From assembly GCA_947629965.1 (NCBI GenBank), contig CANRFS010000001.1, positions 1 to 41,460 of the forward strand: a stretch of DNA of 41,460 nt. The letters are read 5' to 3'. The notes under the pieces were generated by a model. It was not told the origin of the DNA and searched no databases. It saw only the letters and a list, made by a program, of their open reading frames with translations. This DNA comes from an uncultured Clostridia bacterium (GTDB lineage: Bacteria; Bacillota; Clostridia; TANB77; CAG-508). Of this stretch, positions 29,319 through 39,208 are shown piece after piece. Position numbers and translations under genes: made by a program. How positions within the stretch are numbered: the first letter of the stretch is position 1; each line of letters starts with the position of its first letter.

Positions 29319-32300
29319 TTAATGTATACCTACTGAAATTTCTTTTCCTAAATATATCGAATAAATATATACCGCTTCTACCTTTCTATTTAACGCTTTC
29401 TCTAATGCTCTTTTATAAATTTCTAATTGTCCTTTATATTTATCTATCAATTCGTGTTCATTACCTTTTTCTACATAATCCGTTTTATAATCTACTAATA
29501 TAAGTTCATCATTTTTATTTATATAATATAAATCAATAATTCCTTGAACTAATACTTTTTCATTTGTTTCATCATTATATATTTCTTTTGAAGGTATATA
29601 AATATAAAATGGCATTTCTTTTTGTATTTCGCGTGCTTTTCTAACCTCTGAATATAAATTTGATTTAGTAAATGTTAATATCTTTTCTACATCAATATAC
29701 TTAGCTTGATTTTCATTAATTATTTTTGAAGCTAAAAGTTCTTGTATTAATTCTTCTATTGTTTCTTCATTATATTCTTTACTAAAATCTAATTTTTGCA
29801 TAATTAAATGTATTAATGTTCCAATTTCTGCTTTATTTAAGCTTTGATCTTCTATTAAAAATTTTGGTTTTTCTATCATATCTACAATTTCTTTTTTGTT
29901 TCCTTTAGCAATATCTGTTACAGATGCTTTAGCTCCTATCTTTGTAGCTTTTAAATATGGATACTTCCAACTTAAAATGCCATCTACTTGTTCTAATAAC
30001 TTTTTATCTTCTACCTTCCAATTTTCAAACTCGTCTTTAATTTCATCTTTTTCTGCTAAAGTTGTTTTTTCTATTATTTCATTTTTATTTATACAATTTA
30101 CCTCTAATATATCTCCTAATTTTTCTTGATTATTTACATATACTAACTCTAGCCAGTCTAGATATGATTTTGCTCTTCTTACATTCACTATATTTATTTT
30201 TTTACTTTCTGTAGTTGAAATGTTTTGCTTGCCTTCAACTGATTTTTTTAAATTATTATCGCATCCTGTAATTATTAATTTTTCTTTTGCACGAGTTAAA
30301 GCAACATATAGAAGTCTCATTTCTTCTGATAATACCTCATTTAACCCCTTTATTCTAATTGCTTCTTTTGCAAGAGTATTATATTCAATTTTTCTTTCAT
30401 AATTTATATATTTAGGCCCAAATCCTAAATCCTGATGTAATAATATATTTTGATTTAAATCTTGCAAATTAAACATTTTTCCATTTCCACATAAAAATAC
30501 AACTGGAAATTCTAATCCTTTGCTTTTATGAATGCTCATTATTCTAATTACATTTTCATTTTCGCCAATTAACTTTGCAGAAGATGTATCTCCTGATGAT
30601 TTACTTATTTTATCTATGTAATTTATAAAATTATATAAGCCTTTGAAACTTGCTTTTTCATAATCTTTTGCTTTTTCAAATAATAATTTTAAATTAGCAG
30701 TTTTTATTTCTCCGTTTGGACTGCTACTTACAAAATCATAATAATTTGTACTTTCGTAAATATACCATATAAGCTCATCTAGGCTTAAATATTCTTGCTT
30801 TTTTTGCCAATCCTCAATCATTATTAAAAAGTTAATTACTTTTTCTTTTAATTTGCTTTCTTCACTGCTATTTTTTACCTCTTCTAATGCTTCGTAAAAG
30901 CTTGTATTTTTTGAAGCAAGTCTTATTTCTACTAACTCATTATCTGTAAATCCACCAATGTTAGATCTTAAAACAGCTACTAGTGGAATATCTGAATTTG
31001 GATTATCTATAATCTTTAATGCAGATAGAATTATTTGTATTTCTTCTGTTTCAAAATAACTTGTTGAAGAATCGCAAAAAACAGGCAACTCCAATTTATT
31101 AAGTTCTTTTTCATAAATAGATGCAACCTTTGCCGTAGTTCTAAGTAGTATTACAATATCTTTGTATGTTACTTTTCTATATCCTTGTTTTTTATCAAAT
31201 ATATATAGATTACTATTTAATAGTTCATTAATTTTATTTGCTACAAACTTTGCCTCTATTTCGCTTTTTTCTAAAATTACATTTTCTACTTCAGTTTCTT
31301 CATCTTCAGCTTCTGCTAAATCTATGATATCTAATTCTACTTTTCCTGCTGTTAAAATGTTAGAGCTAGGCTTTTCAAATTTTGCTTCAAAATTTAAGTA
31401 TTCTTTTTCATCATACTCTATATCTCCAAGTCTTTTACTCATTATATTTTCAAATATAATATTTGTTAAAGCTAAAATATTTTCTCTGCTTCTAAAGTTC
31501 TTAAAAAGTTGTATTTTAGTGTTTTGCCTGCATTCGTTTGTATCACCTTCTGCTAAAACATATTTATCATATTTTTCTAAAAATAATTCAGGTCTTGCTT
31601 GTCTAAATTTATAAATACTTTGCTTTACATCTCCAACCATAAATATATTATTTCCATTTGATATTGTAGTTAATATGTATTCTTGCACTAGGTTGCTATC
31701 TTGATATTCGTCTATTGCAATTTCTACAAATTTTTCTCTATAGCCTTTTGCAACCTCTGTTGGAACATAGTCTCCATTTTCATCTTTTTTTACTAATATC
31801 TTTAGTGCATAATGTTCTATATCATTAAAATCGATAATATTTTTATCTTTTTTATTTTCTTGATATTTATTTGAAAATTCGAATATTATATTTTGAATAG
31901 ATTTAAGTATATTATACATCTCATAAATATCACTATTTGCTTCATTAGATGAGCATATAAAAATCTTGCTATTTAAATCCTTTATTCTTTCTCTTACCTT
32001 ATCTCTTATATTTTTGCATTCATCTTTTAATTCACAGTCCGTTTTTGCTTGTCTTGGCCATTGTTCAAGCTTTAAATTATTTACGCTTATATATAATTCA
32101 TCCCAGTTTAAAGATTTTTCTATTATACTGTTAAACTTCTCTATATCATTTGATGTTGCTACATAATATTTTTCTAAATCTGCTTCTTCTTTTAGCTTAT
32201 TAAAAGCTTTTTCAAGCTCATCTCTACATGACTTTAATTCATCTAAGCTATACTCTACTAATATTTTTCCCCATAAAGTTTTAGAAAAATCTTCATCTAG

Positions 32301-32907
32301 TTTATTTTGCAGATTAAATTTTTCTGTGCTTTCATTTATCCATTCTTCTGGAAATGGCATACTCTGAGAATAATTATATATTTTTAATATTAATTCTTTT
32401 AGGGAATCATCGTCTCTATATCCACTATATACATTTACAAGATTAATAAATTCTTCGTTATTTTCTTCGTATAATTTCTCAAAAACTTCTTCTAGAGTTT
32501 CTTGTTTTAATAATTCTATTTCTGATGTGTCACCTATTCTAAAATTAGATGATATGCCTATTTCATAAAAATAGTTTTTTATGACCTCTAAACAAAAAGC
32601 ATGTATTGTTGAAATGTTTGCTTTATTTAATAATAAAATTTGTTTTTGAAGATGTATATCATCTGGATTTTCATCTATTTTTGCATATATTGCTTCTAAT
32701 ATTCTTTCTCTCATTTCAGATGCTGCTGCATTTGTAAATGTTACTATTAATAATTTATCTATATCAATTTTTTCGTTTATAATTTTATTTATTATTCTTT
32801 CTACAAGAACTGTGGTTTTACCACTTCCGCGCAGCTGCTGCAACTAATATATTTTTCCCTCTTTTATTTATTGCTTGTAATTGATTTTTTGTCCATTTAG
32901 TGTTCAT
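29319..32907 (-). CDS. addA: UvrD/AddA-type helicase with C-terminal RecB-like nuclease; needs one +1 shift inside the Walker A motif
   Basis: MNTKWTKNQLQAINKRGKNILVAAAA | GSGKTTVLVERI... Helicase motifs DEYQDSN and ...VALTRAKEKL... C-terminal ...GIIDLYY...LVDYKTD. About 1195 aa. Confidence 0.8.
32827..32829 (-). other. in-frame CGG, +1 recoding site in addA-like gene (GCG CGG A -> GGA)
   Basis: Restores the P-loop AAAGSGKT. Confidence 0.7.
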
Positions 32908-32926
32908 ATATTACCTCTCAAACTTA

Positions 32927-33460
32927 TTAAATATCTAAATAATATACCTTGCTTTTAAATGTTTCGCTTCCATCAAATTTTGTATATGTACTGTCTTTAA
33001 CATATTTAAATCCAGCCTTTCTCATAACAGCTCCTGATGCAGGATTTAAATAATCATGTGCGCACATAAATTTATGTATTCCTACATCTTTTGAAAGATA
33101 TTCTAATACTTTTTTTAAAGCTTCTGTTGTATATCCATTACCCCAATATTTTTTTGAAATATTGTATCCCATTTCATACCTGCCTTCTTCGCTAATAAAT
33201 GCTGCAATAGCGCCTATTAGTTCTTGTTGCTCTTTTAAAACAATTCCCCAAGTATAATAGTCCTCTGTCTTGCATCTTTTCTCTTCATTTTTTAAATACT
33301 CTATTGTTTCTTCTATATTTTTATGTGTAGACCACCTTACATATTTAGATACTTCATCATCACTTGTCCAATTCTTAAATACATCTTCTGCATCATTTAC
33401 ATTTAGCTCTCTTAATATAAGTCTTTCTGTTTCAAGTTTTTTTATTTTTTTATCCTTCAT
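32927..33460 (-). CDS. GNAT family N-acetyltransferase (RimJ/RimL-like)
   Basis: 177 aa. ...LETERLILREL..., ...WGNGYTTEALKKVLEY... Confidence 0.8.
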   Translation of the reverse strand: MKDKKIKKLETERLILRELNVNDAEDVFKNWTSDDEVSKYVRWSTHKNIEETIEYLKNEEKRCKTEDYYTWGIVLKEQQELIGAIAAFISEEGRYEMGYNISKKYWGNGYTTEALKKVLEYLSKDVGIHKFMCAHDYLNPASGAVMRKAGFKYVKDSTYTKFDGSETFKSKVYYLDI

Positions 33461-33516
33461 AATAATATCCCCTCGTATTATAAAAAGGAGAATTTATTTC
33501 CCCTTTTATATTTATT

Positions 33517-34906
33517 TTAATTATTTACTCTTTCATCTAGCCAATTTTCCAATTCATCTATTTTTACTCTTACTTGCTCCATTGTATCTCTATCCCTTAT
33601 TGTAACTGAGTTGTCATTTTCTGTTTCAAAGTCTATTGTTATGCAATAAGGTGTTCCAATTTCATCTTCTCTTCTATATCTTTTCCCTATACTTCCTGCT
33701 TCATCATATTCACACATGAATTTTTTAGATATTTTATCAAATACTTCTGTTGCTTTATCAGATAGTTTCTTAGAAAGTGGAAGTACTGCTGCTTTATATG
33801 GAGCAATACTTGGATGAAGATGTAATACTGTTCTTGTATCTCCTTCTGCTATTTCTTCTTCAGCATAGCTATCGCATAAAACAGTTAAAAATATTCTATC
33901 TACACCGACTGCTGGTTCTATACAATATGGTATATATTTTTCATTTGTTTCTGGATCTAAATATGTTAAATCCGCTTTAGAAGCTTCCATGTGTCTTGAT
34001 AAATCATAATCTGTTCTATCTGCAATTCCCCAAAGTTCTCCCCAACCAAATGGGAATAAATATTCTATATCTGTTGTTCCTTTACTATAAAACGAAAGTT
34101 CTTTTTTTGAATGTTCTCTCATTCTTAAGTTTTCCTCTTTTATACCAATTCCAATTAACCAATTCATGCAAAATTCTTTCCAATACTCATACCATTCTAA
34201 ATCTGTACCAGGTTTGCAGAAAAACTCTAATTCCATTTGTTCAAATTCTCTAGTTCTAAATATAAAGTTTCCTGGAGTTATTTCATTTCTAAATGAACGG
34301 CCCATTTGTCCTATTCCCATTGGAAGTTTTCTTCTTGTTGTTCTTTGAACATTTTTAAAATTAACAAACATTCCGCTGAGCTGTTTCTGGTCTTAAATAT
34401 ACTTCTGATTTTGCATCTTCTGTTACTCCCATATATGTTTTAAACATTAAATTAAATTTTCTTATTTCTGTAAAATTTGTTTTACCGCAATTAGGGCATT
34501 GTATTTTATTTTCATTAATATATTCTACTAGTTGCTCATTTGTCCATCCATCTAACCCTGAAATATCTTTTCCTTGTTTAAATCCCCATTCTTCTATTAA
34601 TTTATCTGCTCTGTGTCTTGTTTTACAGTCTTTGCAGTCTATAAGTGGATCACTAAATCCTCCAACATGCCCTGTTGTTACCCAAACTTCTGGATTCATA
34701 ATTATTGCTGCGTCTATTCCTACATTGTATTTAGATTCTTTTATGAATTTTTTCCACCACATGTCTTTTATATTTTTTTTAAGCTCTGCTCCTATTGGTC
34801 CATAATCCCACGAATTTGCAAGCCCTCCATATATTTCTGAGCCTGGGTATACAAACCCCCTATTTTTACAAAGTGATACTATTTTATCCATTGATTTATC
34901 TGCCAT
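33517..34906 (-). CDS. glyQS: glycine--tRNA ligase (homodimeric GlyQS type); needs one +1 shift at CGG
   Basis: ...[12 protein letters not shown]..., ...YLRPETAQ | GMFVNFKNV..., ...[25 protein letters not shown]... About 462 aa. Confidence 0.95.
34373..34375 (-). other. in-frame CGG, +1 recoding site in glyQS (CAG CGG A -> GGA)
   Basis: Restores the class II motif region RPETAQGMFVNF. Confidence 0.7.
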
Positions 34907-35008
34907 TTTACTACTTCCCTTCTATCTCATTTACTAATGTATTTACTTTATCAAAATAAGGGATAAAAGTCAATAATATATTTAGTTTATAATCCTCAAT
35001 ATCAATTA

Positions 35009-35025
35009 TTACATTTTTATTACAA
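35009..35025 (-). promoter_or_regulatory. TGTAAT-N5-TGTAAT box (reverse orientation)
   Basis: The plus strand reads attaca ttttt attaca. Confidence 0.35.
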
Positions 35026-35060
35026 ACCAGTAACGCAAATATTACATTCTAGTTGTTTAT

Positions 35061-35077
35061 GTAACTCTCTTGTAACA
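35061..35077 (+). promoter_or_regulatory. TGTAAC-N5-TGTAAC box
   Basis: tgtaac tctct tgtaac. Followed at 35102-35130 by the direct repeats tgtggata / tgtggata / tgtgaata. Confidence 0.35.
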
Positions 35078-35300
35078 TTTTTTTCATATTTGTATATTCC
35101 TGTGGATATTGTGGATAACTTTGTGAATAACCTACATATAGGACTTTAAAAGTTTTAGTTATAAACATATTAATTACTAATTTTATATTTTTTTACTCTT
35201 TTACAATTATTTACAATAATTATGTGTACAGCATATTTGTTTGTTTTTTCTTTTGTGTTACCTATATTTCCTATCTTTCATTGTTTTTGATTGATAGACA

Positions 35301-35335
35301 AAAAATATAGCAAAATCATTTTTTTGATTTTGCCA
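35301..35335 (-). terminator. rho-independent terminator after DUF1294 gene
   Basis: 9-bp stem gcaaaatca / tgattttgc, then a T-run on the minus strand. Confidence 0.65.
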
Positions 35336-35348
35336 CATTAATTTTAAT

Positions 35349-35663
35349 TTAACCTATTGCAAAAAAAATTATTACACAAATTATTTCAATTATTAATATT
35401 GCTGGAAATCCTATTACAAATCTAGGTTTCTTTGTTTTATGTCTAAAAGTATACATTCCAGCTATACCACCAATTCCACCACCTAGAAAAACTAGCATAA
35501 ACAAAGTAGATTCTTTAATTCTCCATTTTCCCCATTTTGCTCTTTTTTTATCTATGTACATTGCCAAAAATGCAATCAAGTTAATTATTAATAGATAAAT
35601 TAATACATTTTTTAGATTAAATATATTCTCCATTTTTTCCTCCATCTTATTTAAGCTTTGCAT
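35349..35663 (-). CDS. DUF1294 family small membrane protein
   Basis: ...DKKRAKWGKWRIKESTLFMLVFLGGGIGGIAGMYTFRHKTKK... is the DUF1294 pattern. Confidence 0.7.
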   Translation of the reverse strand: MQSLNKMEEKMENIFNLKNVLIYLLIINLIAFLAMYIDKKRAKWGKWRIKESTLFMLVFLGGGIGGIAGMYTFRHKTKKPRFVIGFPAILIIEIICVIIFFAIG

Positions 35664-36180
35664 TGTATATAAACTTAATAAATAATATTAAATATAAAAT
35701 TGCTATTATGAAGCCTCCTATAACATCTGTAGCATAGTGCACTCCTAAATAAATTCTGCTTAACCCTATTAATAATATTAAAATACTTAATAAAGCTATT
35801 AATGGATATTTTATTTTTTTGTCTTTAACATTTTTGTAAATTAAGTATATTATAAATCCATAAAATCCCATTGATATCATTGCATGTCCACTAGGAAAAC
35901 TATATCCTCTTTCTGGAACTATTTGCAACTTTTGAGGTCTTGGTCTTGCAATTATAAATTTTAATATTCTATTTAGTACAAATACAATTATAAGATTTAT
36001 TGTAATAAATTTTGCATCTCTCTTATTTTTTAATACTAATAAGCATAATATTGATATAGTTATTAAAGTGATTGCAGAACCTAGATATGATACAAATATA
36101 CTAACTCCTGTTACTGTTGTACTCATAAAATTGTTAATTAAACTATATATGCTCTCATCGATAGTAGTTATAATATTCAT
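35647..36180 (-). CDS. PAP2 family phosphatase (undecaprenyl-diphosphatase-like)
   Basis: KFIIARPRP, PSGH, SRIYLGVHYATD form the tripartite PAP2 motif. Confidence 0.8.
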   Translation of the reverse strand: MNIITTIDESIYSLINNFMSTTVTGVSIFVSYLGSAITLITISILCLLVLKNKRDAKFITINLIIVFVLNRILKFIIARPRPQKLQIVPERGYSFPSGHAMISMGFYGFIIYLIYKNVKDKKIKYPLIALLSILILLIGLSRIYLGVHYATDVIGGFIIAILYLILFIKFIYNAKLK

Positions 36181-36198
36181 ATTGTATCCTTTCTAAAG

Positions 36199-38523
36199 TT
36201 AATGTATATTACAAACCTTTAATGGAATATTTTTAGGTTTATAATTGTATGAACGTGTTTGCCATAAATCGTTACTTCCTATATATTCTCCTCTACCATA
36301 TACACTTCTTGTTCTCGGACAATTAGAATTTGCAAGCAAGCCACTTTCTACGCATACTTTTGCATAAGAGTGATATGGGCATGTTTGTACTGGCTCTGTG
36401 CCTTTTACAAAAAATTCTGTATATGACGTTCCATAGCTTCTGCAAGAACTTGTTGCTAAAAATCCAGATTTTTTACATACTGCTACTTCTACTACATTTT
36501 CTGGTTTAGTCTCATAAAAAGTTTTTGGTTCCAATCCTTCATGAACTCTTTTCATTACTCCGGCCCATATCTGACTTGCTGGGCTTATTGACCAACCAGC
36601 TACTGTTGCATCAGTATCATGTCCAAACCATACAGTAGCTGTATAATATGGTGTGAATCCACAAAGCCATCTATTATAGTCATTATTACTTGTACCTGTT
36701 TTTGCTGCAACATCTATTCCATCTATTGCACAAATTGCAGCTGTTCCTCCTGGCATTTTCACTGGTTCTGTAAGTATTTGTTTTACTACAAAAGCCGCTT
36801 CCTTAGACATTATTTGAGTTTTTCTTTGCTTAGGCTCTAAAACGATATTTCCTTCTGAGTCTACAACTTTTGTATAAAAAGTTGGTTGTATATATAATCC
36901 ATCATTTGCAATTGCACTATATGCTCCTGCCATTTCTAGTGGAGTTACTCCCCAAGTTAATCCTCCTAAAGCTAAAGGTAACACACAGTCCTTTTCTTCT
37001 ACTATTGATGTAATACCTGCATTTTTCAAAAATTCTATTGATTTTTCTGGAGTTAATAAGCACATTGTTTTTACCATTGGTATATTTTGAGAATAACCTA
37101 TGGCAGTTCTTACATTTATTAATCCTTTATACATATTTCCATAATTCTTAGGATTATATGTGCCATTATTAAAACTTGTAGGATTATCATCAAATATAGT
37201 TGCTGCTGTAATTATTCCTTTATCTATTGATGGTGCTAATGCTGCAATAGTTTTCATTGAAGATCCTGTTTGTTTTGTTGCATCTGTTGCTATATTAAAT
37301 CCAAATGCCTCTGTTTTTTCCTCAAATCCATTTGCTATTGCAAGTACATAACCTGTTTTATGGTCTATCAATACCATTGCTGCTTGTGTAGGTTGTAGAT
37401 TTCCTCTATTATCATAATCTAACTTACGATATTTTTCGTTATTAAACTCTTCTTGCATTTTAGCTTGCAAAGTAGGATTTTGTGTTGTATATATTGTAAA
37501 TCCACCACTTGATAAGTATAGCTTTGCCTGTTCATATGTCCAGTCATGTAGTTTTTGAAGCTCAGATATTATTTGATTTATAGCAGCATCTGTATGATAT
37601 GAAAATACAGTTTGCGGAAATGCTCCTTGCTCAAATTTTAATCCCTGCTCTACCTCGGTTAGAGCTTGCATATATGATTGCATATCTATGTTACCTAATT
37701 CGTACATTTTATGTAACACTGTTTTTGTTCTATTTTTAATATTTAATAATACTTGTTCATTATTTTCTACAAATGGATTATATGAATTTGGTGAATGATT
37801 TATTCCCGCTAAAAAAGCTGCTTCAGCTAAACTTAAATCTTTTGCATCTTTGTTAAAATAATAATTTGAACCTTTTTGAACTCCATATACTGTGTCTCCT
37901 AAAAATATTAGATTCAGATACAATTCTAATATTTCTTCTTTTGACATTTCTTGTTCTACATAGTATGCCCTAGCCATTTCTCTTACTTTTCTTTGCCAAG
38001 TCTCTTCTTTTTCTTGAGTTAAGTTTTTTACTAGCTGTTGCGTTATAGTGCTTCCTCCAAATGGTGAAGTTCCTCTATTTTTTATGTAATTAAATGTAGC
38101 ACCTAAGGTTCTTTTTATATCTATGCCATTATGTTCATAAAATCTTTCGTCTTCTATAGATACAAAAGCCTTAGGCAAGTATTCTGGCATTTCACTCAAA
38201 GGTATGCTTTCTCTATTTTCATTTCCATTTAATACACCTATAGTATTTCCTGCCATATCCTTTATTACAGAATTTTCATATTTTATTGCTAAATCGTTTT
38301 TATTTAATTTCGCATCTTTAGCTATCTCATATATTTTATATGCTGCATATCCTCCAGCTGCACCTATCAAAAGGAACAATATTAAAAGAGTAATAAAAAA
38401 TGATTTTATTACTTTTCTTAATACATGATGCTTCTTATGCTTTTTTGGTTTTTTATTTTTTCCCTCTATTTGATAAGTAATTGGTCCTTCTGACTTTATT
38501 TGTCCATCTTCTGTTATAAACAT
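36199..38523 (-). CDS. class A penicillin-binding protein (glycosyltransferase + transpeptidase) with Cys-rich C-terminal repeats
   Basis: GT51 motifs EDERFYEHNGID, GGSTITQQ, RKVRE. Transpeptidase motifs SSMK, SQN, KTGT. Confidence 0.9.
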   Translation of the reverse strand: MFITEDGQIKSEGPITYQIEGKNKKPKKHKKHHVLRKVIKSFFITLLILFLLIGAAGGYAAYKIYEIAKDAKLNKNDLAIKYENSVIKDMAGNTIGVLNGNENRESIPLSEMPEYLPKAFVSIEDERFYEHNGIDIKRTLGATFNYIKNRGTSPFGGSTITQQLVKNLTQEKEETWQRKVREMARAYYVEQEMSKEEILELYLNLIFLGDTVYGVQKGSNYYFNKDAKDLSLAEAAFLAGINHSPNSYNPFVENNEQVLLNIKNRTKTVLHKMYELGNIDMQSYMQALTEVEQGLKFEQGAFPQTVFSYHTDAAINQIISELQKLHDWTYEQAKLYLSSGGFTIYTTQNPTLQAKMQEEFNNEKYRKLDYDNRGNLQPTQAAMVLIDHKTGYVLAIANGFEEKTEAFGFNIATDATKQTGSSMKTIAALAPSIDKGIITAATIFDDNPTSFNNGTYNPKNYGNMYKGLINVRTAIGYSQNIPMVKTMCLLTPEKSIEFLKNAGITSIVEEKDCVLPLALGGLTWGVTPLEMAGAYSAIANDGLYIQPTFYTKVVDSEGNIVLEPKQRKTQIMSKEAAFVVKQILTEPVKMPGGTAAICAIDGIDVAAKTGTSNNDYNRWLCGFTPYYTATVWFGHDTDATVAGWSISPASQIWAGVMKRVHEGLEPKTFYETKPENVVEVAVCKKSGFLATSSCRSYGTSYTEFFVKGTEPVQTCPYHSYAKVCVESGLLANSNCPRTRSVYGRGEYIGSNDLWQTRSYNYKPKNIPLKVCNIH

Positions 38524-38535
38524 TTATTCCTCACT

Positions 38536-39024
38536 TTACAAATCCATTTCTAGTTTTATTCCTCTTGACTTGTATTCATTATACTTTACTCCAGCCATAT
38601 CAAATAATTTTTTTGATACTTTTGTTGCTTCTGTATCTTTGTATTTATCACTTTTATATATAACTTCTTTTATTCCAGACTGTATAATTGCTTTTGCACA
38701 TTCGTTGCAAGGAAATAGTGCCACATATATTTTACTTCCTTTGAGCGACGTTCCTGTGTAATTTAGTATAGCATTTAACTCTGCATGGCACACATATGGA
38801 TATTTCGTTTCTGCAAAATCTCCTTCTCGTTCCCATGATATTTCATCATCTGAACATCCAATTGGAAATCCATTATATCCTATTGATAATATTTTATTAT
38901 CTTGACTTACTATACATGCACCTACTTGTGAATTTGGATCTTTGCTTCTTTCGGCTGACAATAATGCTATTCCCATAAAATATTCATCCCAGTTTATATA
39001 ACTTTCCCTTTTTGGCATATTCAT
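38536..39024 (-). CDS. comEB: dCMP deaminase (ComEB-type)
   Basis: HAELNA and PCNECAK zinc-binding motifs. Confidence 0.85.
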   Translation of the reverse strand: MNMPKRESYINWDEYFMGIALLSAERSKDPNSQVGACIVSQDNKILSIGYNGFPIGCSDDEISWEREGDFAETKYPYVCHAELNAILNYTGTSLKGSKIYVALFPCNECAKAIIQSGIKEVIYKSDKYKDTEATKVSKKLFDMAGVKYNEYKSRGIKLEMDL

Positions 39025-39060
39025 TCCTCCAATAAATTGTTGTTTGTTTTATTTATTACT

Positions 39061-39174
39061 GTAAAATAGTTTAATATAATTTTTTCAAGACGTCCTTCTT
39101 CACCAAAATTATTATTTCATAATAATTTTGGATTCGAAGCTCCTATCTCAAAAATTATATTTAAACTATTTTAC
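39061..39174. repeat. ~114-nt nested imperfect inverted repeat (long hairpin) in the cysS-comEB spacer
   Basis: Outer arms gtaaaatagtttaatataattttt / aaaaattatatttaaactattttac. Inner arms ccaaaattatt / aataattttgg. Confidence 0.7.
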
Positions 39175-39208
39175 TAATCAAATTAATTAAAAAACAAGTA
39201 TGCACAAA

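Noticed and set aside
34907-35348. T-box leader upstream of glyQS (and upstream of cysS at 40598-40614).
   Set aside because: No T-box consensus or specifier/antiterminator helices were recognisable. The cysS upstream gap is only 17 nt.
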